Translations under genes and position numbers: made by a program
Shown: in pieces, positions 13,801-25,288 of the stretch
How positions within the stretch are numbered: position 1 is the stretch's first letter
Layout: every line of letters begins with the position of its first letter
The notes under the pieces: generated by a model
What the model saw: the letters and a program-made list of their open reading frames with translations, nothing else
What the model was told of the DNA's origin: nothing
The model's database searches: none
From: Takakia lepidozioides
Lineage: Eukaryota; Plantae; Bryophyta
Direction of reading: 5' to 3'
NCBI GenBank assembly: GCA_030704615.1
Contig: CM060733.1
Location: 10,850,001 to 10,914,000 of the forward strand
DNA: 64,000 nt

Positions 13801-15785
13801 GGGTTATTAATCTTAGTTTTACAGCCCGGCGTATACCACAGAATTGACATGCATGGGAAATGTGCAGCTTCTGCCTGTCACTCTGGGCTCTGGGCAGGGC
13901 AGAGACCATCAAGAGAGAAGCTACTTACCTAAACAACTTCCTCACTTAATGAACAGTACCAAATGTGTGCTTACCTGAACTTGTGACCTTGAATCTGCTG
14001 CTAAACCTGCGTCTGTCCCTGCACACAAAACCACCAACCTCATTGGACTAATGCCTTCTATCTATCATTCAGTTGAGAAAGGCATGTTTGTAGGTATGGG
14101 CGCATTTGATTTTCACATACTGTGCCAAGATGCCTTGAATATTTACAGCCTTCAAAAATTTCTCTCTGACCCTTACACGACTTGTGTTTCCTTTTCCCAT
14201 TGACATATTACTCCATGCACAATCAGGGCACTGGCATATAATAGAGACCCACACAAAAGGGTACAGCATGCCATAACAAATCCAGGTAACATTCTGAGCA
14301 ACTGCACCCAAATAAACATGTGCACACATAGATACGAGATGTCACATGCCACTCATTCACAGAAGATGTTGAGCAGATAACAGCCATATTGTGGCAATAT
14401 TGACAAGCATCACAGTCAAAAACTTTGCCAATTGGCAGAGTTTATTTGTCTTTAACAGAATACGACTGCCACAGACAGGCTGCTCAACTTACCCAGCTCT
14501 GTTCCCTGAAGAGCAGACAAAGGAGGAGCCTGTGCACTAAACACATTGAGAAGGCGTGACTTGTTAACTATGGAAACATGAGTTGCTGGTGATAATAGTT
14601 CTGTCTTGAAAATATTGGAAGTGACATAACTGTGTGCCCCCTCCTTTACACCAGCTTGACATTGCACTCCAAGGCTCGGAGCACCTATCTTTGGAACAGA
14701 TGATGGAGGCGTGCCCTAATTGCAACCAACAGAGAGCATGCAAGCAATATCATCAGGGAAAGTCCATAACTCTTCAGAAATCATCCTTACTGCCATCATG
14801 GAGACCATTGCCACCGAGGCATCACTCAACAGCACCCAAACATACAAACCCTAACTAGGGCTTAGTAAGCTGGTTAAGAGAGGATATCATGTGCAAAACA
14901 AGAATCATAGCATTTCGACATGCTTTACCTCAAGTCCACAACTAACAAACCTTACCTACCACAAGTCTAACTGGGGAAACTTAAGCTACACCCTACTTTC
15001 ATACAGTATATGTATGTAGCAGGCCCTTTGGCCTTGGTGGCAACAACGTGTCGGATCAAGCTGAAAAATGAGGCTCGCAACTTAGCCAGAGGGCAGTGCG
15101 ACCCAATGTGGGTGCACAGGGAGAACTCAAACAGCTCTGCATGTGACTGCTATGGCTGCAATACAAGACTGTCATGCCGCTGTGATCAACTTTCATAGAA
15201 AGAGCCATCACACACAGAAAACCTACTGCGAGAGTTCATAATCCACATCTTCAATCCATCACCTCCAGGAATGTCTAAAGTTCAAAGTATCCACATAAGG
15301 ATTCGTCCTTGAGTATTAAGACGAAACAGACATGTATGGAACAAGAAGCATCCATCATGACAATCGCATATACATCGTAGCAAATAGATAATGCGGAGAC
15401 CCGTATATTCCAAAACAGGACGAGGATCCAACCACACAGAAGAAGTAGAGAGCCATCTTCCAACACACTAAGACTCTCGACACAGCAAACAATGCCGAAA
15501 AACACGATCCTGTTCATGAGGAGAAGAAAACGAAGACACGAACAGTGTAGACTAAAGGGCTCATCACATAGACATATGCAAACGAAAAGCGAGACATGGA
15601 GGAGCAACGGCAGGAAGGGACAAGTACAACACCTCCACATCCTCCTCTGAAGAGAGCTCGCCTTCTTCTTTATCTTCTTTCTCTTTATCTTGCTGATGAG
15701 GGGCTGGTTGTGGTCTCCGCGACACGGACGGCATCGATGCAAACGCAAGAGCCCTCAGCACATCTATTGACCTTGAATCCCCCAT
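4810..15785 (-). CDS. Multi-exon zinc finger C3H1 domain protein (ZFC3H1/Red1-like nuclear RNA surveillance factor, plant type)
   Basis: N-terminal KEEGELSSEED (ATG 15785) and large low-complexity/coiled-coil exons (13025-9275). YESPLSVFHSYR...WSHTIDPFKPLCKFEHRGKCNNDTCPWQH zf-C3H1 lies in ORF 7355-8911. A helical HAT/TPR-like C-terminal exon (6515-4810) starts NQGSYELWLLYINSR. Internal exon borders are approximate. Confidence 0.8.
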
Positions 15786-16341
15786 TTCGTCCCGAGCTTT
15801 GAATGTTGGACATACCTTCCACCCTCCCCACGACAGCGTGACGAGTGACACCGACCTCAATACACAGTCTCAATACACATAGAGAGGACCCACATCACCA
15901 CAACACACAAACAGCAGCCCAAAAGTCACGTTCAGAGATTGAGAAGGAGATGAGCAGAACACGCATCCCGCACCCCTACGCCTGGAAAAGCCCGCTCTTC
16001 TCTCTCTCGATTTTCCAAACGCAGATAGAGGAAGAGAAGTCGGGGCGGCGGCGTGGCGTCATCCTGACGTCCGTAGCCATGGATGCACCCCGCCCAATGC
16101 ATGCATTCATGCTTCACACCAGCCTCTCATGCTCCTAACGTCCCAAGAGCCTATGTGTCATACGATTACCCCACAGTCCGGTCTTGAGACCATAGCTGCC
16201 ATATGGAACGAAGAACTGGAAGATTCTGTTCCCTGACTCAGCCTGCTTGGTGGGCTGAGGAAGCGGGTCAGTAACTAATCTTTATTGGGAATCTGGGTGA
16301 TGATAAGAGATCGAGAGAGAGAGAAAGAGAAAGAGAAAGAA

Positions 16342-16994
16342 ATGACGGATGGGGCTGGAAGCCACCCTCGTCAATCCAAAGCCGACGAGATGATGAAGCG
16401 CGCATCGTTTTGGATATTCATGTTCATGGGCGCCGCTGCAGTATGGAGTCTTCCCTCTCCTCTGCTCTCCTTGTAATCGGTTAGCATGTACACACTTCAA
16501 ATACTGTAGTGCGATTCGTTATCACTAGTAAAGGAGCCTACCTGTCTAAGCGTCCATCCGTCTTGCAGGATTGTCACCTGTTGTTTGTGTGGGTGCATCA
16601 AAGAGCTGATTAGAGAAGCTTGAAAGACTTTGTAGGATATTTGCTGTTCTGATCGATTGCCTCGACACAATCGGAGACTGCAATGTAGTGGAGGATTCTA
16701 ATTTTGTAACTCCTCTCTATAAATCATACGATGATGGGGTGGGCGGCTTCGACGACATGTAACTGCCGCCTGGAATATGAAGGAAATAAGTCAGAGAAAG
16801 TCATTGTGTGGGATTTAGAGAACTTCTTCAATATTTGAAACTACCCATAGACTGGCACGCTGGTTTCTATGAGGCACTGGATCCATATACTTGAAGGTAA
16901 GCAGGTAACTGGATTACAGTGCCTGAGCATCATCGTTGGCAGATTAGGACTCATGAATTTTGGTGCCCACACACACACACACACACACACACAC

Positions 16995-17046
<52 letters not shown>

Positions 17047-18760
17047 ATTGTTGTCAGGCCATTTAGGCATCTGTAGAATGCATGTTGTGCACCTGTTATG
17101 GCTTTAATGACTTGTAACATTGCAGATTGGGAATGTGTTTGCTCTTCGCAGGCGCCTTTTGAGTATTGAGCGAGGATATGCGCAGGTATTCATTTGTGCA
17201 TTTACTTTCTGTCTGGTTGTTTCTGTCTGCATGCCTGGTTGGTGTGATGTTATTTCACCACTTTCAAACATCTTGTTCCACTTAAGCTATTCTCAGAGAC
17301 CATAATGGATGCCATTGAGTTAGGTACCCAACTTTGTTTGTCTTCTATGATACATTTGTTGTCATCTCTCTTAGGGTTTGGTTAATTAGTTGTCAGACCT
17401 CTCCGGCACTTTTCTAGCTATTATCTCTGAATACAGAAATGAGGACCTCAAACAAGCGAGTTTAAGTATTCGTTGAATTTGGTTAGTAAATCGGTCAGAT
17501 CAAAGTTCCCCTACACTGGGTTGTTTTAATGCATCTGTTGCTCAACTATGACATTTTCAGGTCGTCTTAGAGTGCTTAACTGACAGAGGGTCATGAATAG
17601 AAGTGCAAGTTTGCAATGTGTAAGAAAAGCTAGTAGTGGGGTGACTCAAACAGGGTATATAAAGTGAAGGCTAGCTGCAGTATTTTCTGAAGAAAGTGTC
17701 TGGAATATCGTTGAGTCAGGCTTGGGGCCTGGCAGTGGTGAGGGGCTGTATTTAAAGTTGGTAAATCAGGTTGAAGTTGACAAGAGAAGCAAGTGGTAGG
17801 AGGTAAGTCTGCGGGATCACTTCAGCAAGCATGGAGGTCAGAGTAGCAGTAGTTTCCTTAAGTACAATGGCTGAAATAGGGGTGAGGCTTTTGGGCCTGG
17901 TGGATGGTGGAGATGGGATGCAGCTAACAAAATTGCTAGATCTATTTGTTTTGGGAATGGAAGGGTAACAGTACAAGACATGGTGGAGACCACGGCAGCT
18001 CTGCTCAGTATGAGAAATGGGGCTCCGGCAAGGGGGAAGGTGAAAGGTATGCACGTGCAAGAGAGGCAAGCTCAGCTCGAGAAGCACAGCGCCAGTGGCA
18101 AGTGCACATAGAGGAGCAGCAGCGAAGGGTAGGGTAGTGGTTCCTTTGTTCCTTTGCTCAAGTTACTTCCATGAACTTTCCCCTTTCAACTTGTGTGAGG
18201 AGGTTATTGAGAACTGCAGTTCCACCATCCACAAGCCAGATACATGTATCATATGAGCTGGTATTGCCTTTGCATACAAGGGTAATGGAGTGGGCACCAG
18301 TGGGGCTTTGTGGCAGGAACGCATACGTCGAATGCAGGAGGCCTTTGCAAGGGAGAAGGGATCGTACACCAAAACGTATGAGGCATGGCATGAGCGTCAT
18401 GGTGACAAGTGGGATTGGAGACGAGAGGGTGACCGATGGGAATGGAAAGGCGAGGAGCAGCGACAGCAGGCAGAAAGGGAGAAGGAGAGGAAAAGAAGTG
18501 AAGAGAAAAAGCATGTTTCCAGTTATGAGTTACTGAAACGTGCCAGACTTGGACATCACTATGCTGTGTTAGGCCTTGATGCAACCCGTCGACAACCATA
18601 TTCAGACACTGAAATCAAGGCAGCCTTCCGCTCCAAAGCTTTGGAGTATCACCCAGACCAAAATCAAGTCAATAAGCAGGCTGCTGAGGTCAAGTTCAGG
18701 CAACTTCTGGAGTCTTATCACATGCTTAGGGCCCAATCGAGTTCAAATAGGACCACTTGA
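16342..18760 (+). CDS. DnaJ-domain protein with an N-terminal hydrophobic segment and a C-terminal J domain (multi-exon)
   Basis: The last exon (from about 18317) encodes ERIRRMQEAF...HHYAVLGLD...EIKAAFRSKALEYHPDQN...KFRQLLESY with the HPD motif. Upstream exons at about 16342-16440 (FWIFMFMGAAA), 17172-17205 and 17972-18128 are bounded by AG/GT; these are less certain. Confidence 0.8.
16968..17045. repeat. Compound (CA)n-(CT)n microsatellite in an intron of the DnaJ gene
   Basis: Direct reading: cacaca...caactctctc...tctcacacaca. Confidence 0.95.
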
Positions 18761-20861
18761 ACACCTTGTATTCCCTTCTTTTTCGCTGGGGCAAGCAGGG
18801 TGTATGAGTGATGGTACACGAAGGTACTAGAGAGGCTCACCGGTTCTGAAGTTTAACCTCAATGAGAGTTGAGAGATCCAATCACAAGGCATGGGCTCCC
18901 TCTCTTCCGCAAAGGTTCTCTCTAACACCAAGGGTCTGTTTCTATGATTGGAGAGCCAGTTTGTGAATTAGGGAAATGCAGCCCTGGTATGGAACATCAA
19001 CACCGTAAGATTTGAACTTCAGTACCAGATATAGAGATGCGGCTGGTCAGCCAAAAGTACGGAAACCTTCTTTGAGGTATTCACCCTCCCCCTGCCCTTC
19101 GGAGAATGCAGACAGATGCAGACTATTACATCTGATCACAAGGGTATCAGATCACTGCCTTGCAATTCAAACAGGTGGATGAACTTCACCTCCACGACCT
19201 TCACCTCAAAGGGAACATTATACTAAGTGTCCGTTGTCACTTGTTCTATCTCTTGTTAGCAAGTTGCACAATTGGAATTAGAAGTCAGTGAATGTGCGAT
19301 GGAATTGATTTGCTCATGCTCAATGCACGGTCAGTAGATCCTTGAAGCATACCTTCGGATGCCAGGATTGATCCAAGTTGAGTCATCTCCTCATTTCTCT
19401 ATTGATCTCCCATACCATCCTCTGTTCCTGCAGTATCTGAATTTTGTCCCATTTTCTCCTTGCTCTACTAGGAACTGTGAGTGCACCACTACATCATAAT
19501 GGAGAGTCGGCCCACCGGGAGGCCGGCACAGGTGAAGCAAAGTCCGTGCTAGTACTTTCCTACGCAACAATCGCTTTGTCAAGCCCAGATTTGATGCAAT
19601 GTTAGCAAGCTTAGCTTCTAAAATAATACACATGTCGCAGATAGTGTAAGAATTGTGTACAGAGCCTCCGTGTGTAACCAATTCCACAATTGTGGCTCCA
19701 CCTTCCCAGGTAGCATTGCAGATGCAGTTGCCACCTTCATAGAGCTTATTAAAAATATGTTTGCCAGGCTACCCCTTCAAGGCGCTGGAGGACTATGTGG
19801 TTTATGCAAAGGAATACACCATGGCTGTGGATGCTTCATAGTGTTGCAAACACCCTGATATTACCATGTATGTAGTACACTTCTTGTTGTACAGAGTTGT
19901 TGTCCAAAGCAGCCTGTTATAAGATCCAGGGCTCCATGACAGCACACTGGTGGAATCTCAGCAGTGCGGGTGCTATTGTTAGTGTCGTCAGAAATTGTTT
20001 AGGTGAAGATGCACATAAAGAGGATGACTTTTTGGAGTGATCATATCAGATGATGACCTTTATTCAGTGGTTATCTCTATCATGCATACAGCAAGTTGAA
20101 CCTCACAGAGGGCTTAAGCAGTGTTGTTCTTGTATTACATTTTTCACATGGCAGCCGGGTCTAAACATTATTGTCTTGAAAGTTTTTTATACTCATAGCT
20201 GGTCCTAAGTATCTCAAAACAAAAATGTGTTTGATACCAGTCTGCTCTAAATACTGGATCAAAATCTCAAAATGAACTACCTAGTATCAAGTATCAACCT
20301 GGACTTAATATGTTTCCAGGGCTGGAAATGGGGCATCTTATAGATTCTATCCCAGTTTTTAACTTCATAAAACAAAAATTCACCATGAGATTTTCCCACC
20401 ATTGTTAGATGAACGGCCAGAGGATAGGCCCATAGGCTCTTCTACTATATATATTGGACAGAGCTCGGAGGGAGGAACGATAGCTTGTCTAAAGGTATGA
20501 AAGCCTCGTGATGCAAGACTCTCTCGTTCAGTCCATGGCTGCTCAGCTGCCCCATGGCTGGTTTCATAGCAATATCCAAGATCGCCAGACGTCAGACATA
20601 AGAACAAGGGAGGTCCTTTGGATTGAATGTTGGTCGAACCCTCCTTGGGTGAGAGAAGAGCTATCTGTGAAGATACAAGATGGAACAGAGTCTAGTGATT
20701 GTTCTGATGTGGATTTACGCCATGCTGCTCCAGTCCGAGAAGACGACGGGTATTTTTCTGAAAATGGAATTGACGCAGTTTTCCTAAATGTATAGGACTG
20801 CAATTGTTTTGTGATGCTGTTTTGTGGCAAGGACCCTGTCATTATGGAGTGATCTTACAGG

Positions 20862-23075
20862 ATGGCAGGTTTGAATCAATTACAAATGTTTGTTGACAGG
20901 GGTGGCACCTCCATCACCACCACTGCTTTTAAAACAATAGAGAGGGTCAACAAGGACTCTTCTGGCACTTGTAAGAATGTGAGAATGTTGTCTAAGGCAG
21001 GACAACTGAAAGAGGCATTGCACATTTTGAAGCAAATGGGCATTCAGGTGGACTCCACTACCTATGTCTGTCTCTTGCAGGAGTGCATCAACATAAAAGG
21101 CCTAGCAGAGGGAAAGCAGGTCCATGCCCACATAATCCAAAGTGGATTTAAGCCAAGTAAGTTTATACTCAACACCCTCGTCAACATGTATGCCAAATGC
21201 GGGAGCATCGTGGATGCACGCCGAATGTTTGACAAAATTCGTGAACGAGATATTTTCACGTGGACGATGATGATAGCAGGATATGCCAAGCATGGGTTTG
21301 GTAGGGAGGCTTGCAATCTCTACGAGGTAATGCAACAGGAAGGGGTCACACCCAACAGGGTCACGTTCATTTGTGTTCTCAATGCCTGTGCCAGCCTTGG
21401 AGCCCTGAAGAAAGGCAAGGAGGTCCATGCTGATATCATTAAAGGTGGAATTTCACCAGATATTGTTATAGAGAATACCCTAGTCCACATGTATTCCAAG
21501 TGTGGAAGCCTGAAGGATGCACGTCAAGTGTTAGATAATATGGCTACACGGAATGTGGTCTCTTGGAGTGCAATGATTGCAGGGTATGCTCAGCATGGTT
21601 GTGGTAGGGAGGCTTTTATGATCTACGAGCAAATGCAAAGGGAAGGGGTGATGCCCAACAGGGTTACTTTCATTTGCATCCTGGATGCATGTGTAAGCCT
21701 AGGAGCTCTGGAAAAGGGCAAAAATGTCCATGCAGACATCATCAAAGCTGAGATTTTGCCAGATATAAATTTGGAGACTGCCCTTTCTGACATGTATGCC
21801 AAATGCAGCAGCATGAAAGATGCGCTTAGAGTCTTTGACAATATGGCTAATCGAAATGTTGTATCATGGAGCGTCATGATTGCAGGATATACTCAACATG
21901 GCTACAGTAGGGAAGCTTTCAAGATCTATGAGCAAATGATTCAGGAAGGGGTGAGGCCAGACAAGGTTACATTCAACTGTGTTCTCAATGCCTGTGCCAG
22001 TCTAGGAGCCCTGGAAAAGGGCAAAGAGGTCCATGCTGATATGAGCAAAAGAAAAGTTGCACCGGATATCATTCTGGAGAATACCCTTGTTGACATGTAT
22101 TGCAAATGTGGCAGTGTAAAGGATGCGCGTCAAGTGTTTGACAATATGCTTCACCGGGATGTGGTGTCATGGAATGCCATGATTGCTGGGTATGCTCAGC
22201 AAGGGTGTAGTAGGGAGGCCCTCCAATTATCTGAGCAAATGCAACGGGAAGGCTTTAAGCTAGATGGTATTACCTTTGTGTCTGTTCTGTCTGCATGTAG
22301 CCATGTGGGCCTAGTGGATGAAGGTCATCACTACTTTGATTCCATGAGCCGATATCATGGTCTCACTCCTATGGTGGAGCATTTTGGCTGCATGGTGGAC
22401 CTCCTTGGCCGTGCAGGGCGATTGGATGAGGCGGAGGACTTCATTGTAAAAATGCCAGTGGAACCAGGTGCTTCGGTGTGGGGGGGGCCGTGCAGGATTC
22501 ATGGCGATGTGAAGATAGCAGAACGTGCAGCAAAATGTCTTATCAAGAGTGACCCACAGCATGCTGGGAGTTACGTGCTGCTATCTAACATCTATGCCGC
22601 GGCTGGCAGGTGGGATGAGAAAGCCAAGGTGAGAAAATTGATGGAGGAGAGAGGCGCCAGAAAGGAGGCAGGGCACAGCTGCATTGAGGTGGACAACCGG
22701 GTGCATATGTTTGTTGTAGAAGACAAACTGCACCCACAGATTGAGGAAATTCATGCTGAGCTGAAGAGATTGTCTTGGCAGATGAAGGAGGCTGGGTACG
22801 TGCCTGATACACGCTTTGTATTGCATGATGTAGAGGAAGAGCAAAAGGAGCTTTCTCTTTGCCACCACAGTGAGAAGCTGGCCATTGCTTTTGGCCTCAT
22901 CAAAACACCCCCAAGTACTCCTATCCATGTCATAAAAAACCTTCGGGTGTGTGGTGACTGCCACACTGCCAGCAAGTTCATCTCAAAGATTGTTGGGCGA
23001 GAAATTGTTTTACGGGACGCCAGCCGCTTCCACCACTTCCAAGATGGGGTTTGTTCTTGTGGGGATTACTGGTGA
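20862..23075 (+). CDS. PPR gene B: PLS-E1-E2-DYW protein (4 S-P units); upstream PDF-motif exon 20570-20749 is frameshifted
   Basis: 737-aa ORF with a 101-aa PLS period, HSEKLA, CGDCH and CSCGDYW. The upstream exon reads YPRSPDVRHK, then after a 2-bp deletion TREVLWIECWSNPPWVREEL. Confidence 0.93.
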   Translation: MAGLNQLQMFVDRGGTSITTTAFKTIERVNKDSSGTCKNVRMLSKAGQLKEALHILKQMGIQVDSTTYVCLLQECINIKGLAEGKQVHAHIIQSGFKPSKFILNTLVNMYAKCGSIVDARRMFDKIRERDIFTWTMMIAGYAKHGFGREACNLYEVMQQEGVTPNRVTFICVLNACASLGALKKGKEVHADIIKGGISPDIVIENTLVHMYSKCGSLKDARQVLDNMATRNVVSWSAMIAGYAQHGCGREAFMIYEQMQREGVMPNRVTFICILDACVSLGALEKGKNVHADIIKAEILPDINLETALSDMYAKCSSMKDALRVFDNMANRNVVSWSVMIAGYTQHGYSREAFKIYEQMIQEGVRPDKVTFNCVLNACASLGALEKGKEVHADMSKRKVAPDIILENTLVDMYCKCGSVKDARQVFDNMLHRDVVSWNAMIAGYAQQGCSREALQLSEQMQREGFKLDGITFVSVLSACSHVGLVDEGHHYFDSMSRYHGLTPMVEHFGCMVDLLGRAGRLDEAEDFIVKMPVEPGASVWGGPCRIHGDVKIAERAAKCLIKSDPQHAGSYVLLSNIYAAAGRWDEKAKVRKLMEERGARKEAGHSCIEVDNRVHMFVVEDKLHPQIEEIHAELKRLSWQMKEAGYVPDTRFVLHDVEEEQKELSLCHHSEKLAIAFGLIKTPPSTPIHVIKNLRVCGDCHTASKFISKIVGREIVLRDASRFHHFQDGVCSCGDYW

Positions 23076-24459
23076 AACAAGATAATATGATACTTCAATC
23101 AGTAAATCTGGCTGAAGGGACCCAAGCATAGCTGTGTCGCGACATATTCTCCACCTGTATGTTCATGAAGTGGGGACAACGTGGACAAGACACCAATCAT
23201 CCTGTTTGGGCAGTTACAGCATGGGCTCACCATAGAGGAGATCTGTTGATTGGTGCTAACCCCTCCACAAGTTTGCACGGTACACCCTCGAACTCTTCGC
23301 TTGAACTGTTGTGGAACTTTCCTGGATTTGATAACAGCCTCCCAGGGCAGACTCAGAAATCCAGGAAAGTCCTGGGGTAAGAATTTTGTCATAAAGAATT
23401 GCTCAAAACCTTTCCCCTGCCCATGCCTGGGTTATGAAAATGCTGGACTGTAATCCAATATCCTTCTTCCCCGAGCCACATAATCCTTCTGCTTGGGGAG
23501 GTCAGTATAGTTACAAAATGAATTTTTGAGTAGTGCTTACAGGAGCCATAATGCTGTCCAGGAACTTGAGCGCTGGTGTACCACATGTGAATTGCTAGTG
23601 GTACCACTTGTTGGAATGACGGATCTTGGTCCAAACCCATCTTTATTAAACCTCAAGATGGAGCCTATTCCCAACATTGAAATGATTGTGGAAATGAGGT
23701 GCAGACTGCACAGAGGATGGGCATGCGATCGTATGTGGTGGCCTTGCTGTCATGGCTGAATTTCCTACTTTGTGAGCTCCTTGCATACATGCTACCAAGT
23801 CTCTAGAGAGAGTTTCGATCTTGCCTTTCACTGATCAATTTGACAGATATGTGCAGGCAGCAAAGGAGGTGGGGTCCTATATGGTTGAACGAAGATAACT
23901 TCTATTAGTTTGTTGCTGCTTTACCAAAAGAGGCAAGTACTCTTTAGTCCTCTGTGAACTGACAGTTAGAGTGAGAAGGCATGTGATGCTACACAGCCCC
24001 ATTTACTGCTGAGTGCAAGTGGCAAGGCCAAGATAATCTATCTGCCAATGCCTGGTTGTCTCAACAGACACTCAGGTTTCTTAGAGCTCTCTCCAATCCA
24101 CCACCAAAGATCTTGACATAAGTTTTGGACCACTGAACTCCCTTCTTGGTTCAACCCTCAACATTGTTTTGAGTTGTCATGATTCCCTTAATAATATTGG
24201 ACAACTCTTTCAAACAAGCTCATCTTGCCGGTCGGTGTGCTCCAACAACTGTGTTGCTAGCTGCTGCCTTCACTTGACCATCCACCCACAAAGGTTTCTT
24301 GTACATAGCTATGAATCCATAGCTGCTTGTTGGCACTAATGTGCTTCAAATCTGTTCCTCCAGACTGATGGTTGTGCCTCGATTGTCCCATAGTTGACTG
24401 AAGTTCGAAAAACTCTCCACACACCTAGAGCTGCACATCCGAAACTTCTGAAAACACCT

Positions 24460-24600
24460 AACGAAGAACCTCAGATAATGTGGTGACTGCCACCAAGTCA
24501 ATCGCAAAGACTGTTGGTTGAACTAGTGTGATATGGGGTCGCTTCACCACTTCCAAGATGGGCTTTGGTCTTGTAGGGACAAGATATAGAGACAAGAGAC
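24460..24600 (+). pseudogene. Degenerate remnant of a DYW-domain 3' end
   Basis: aagaacctcagataatgtggtgactgccac...cgcttcaccacttccaagatgggctttggtcttgtagggac matches KNLR.CGDCH...[10 protein letters not shown] of the neighbouring genes, with stops and indels. Confidence 0.85.
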
Positions 24601-25288
24601 AAGATACCCTTTCCCATTATTGGTCTTTGGGTGTCTTTTGGTTGCATGAGGCTGGTACAGTTAAAATCACTGCATCCACAGCTGTACATCAGCCATCACA
24701 AATCTGGAGGCAACTGACCTTTGCCTAGAGGCCGCTCTCAAACAACACCTCGTCATTTGTTCGCCAACAATCATCTAAACACCAACATCTATCTCAACAA
24801 TCTGAAACATTGATTTGAAAAAGTTCACAAAAGCTAGAAATTTCACAGTTTGAAGGTTTGCACTTTGCACTGATCACAGAGCATAGCAGCAAGCTAGCAC
24901 TCTCAAGCATGTACAGATGAAGGCAGAGAGAAGGTAAGCTAAGAATAGTCACAAAAAGCGAAGTAGGGAGGGCTCCCTGACGGCATCCGTGACCATTGTA
25001 GCGAGAATTTGATCCTGCCCACTGTGTGGAGCGCGGCGGGAGGTTTTCTGGAAGGTTGGATACATGTCTGCAGCCCATCGCCAAACAATACCTCTTTAAA
25101 ACACCCTTGCGCTGCGCCACGATTGGCCACTCCTACCGTTTCCGGACCTTCCAAAATCCCCTTTAACGATGCAATGACAAACAGCGAGACGATGATTCAA
25201 ACTTTGTTTAGCTGGATTCAAATCAGTCAAAAATCTGGAAGGTATCCCTTGAGTCCTCTCTTGCTGCGCGCTTTGTTCTCGCCAAGGC

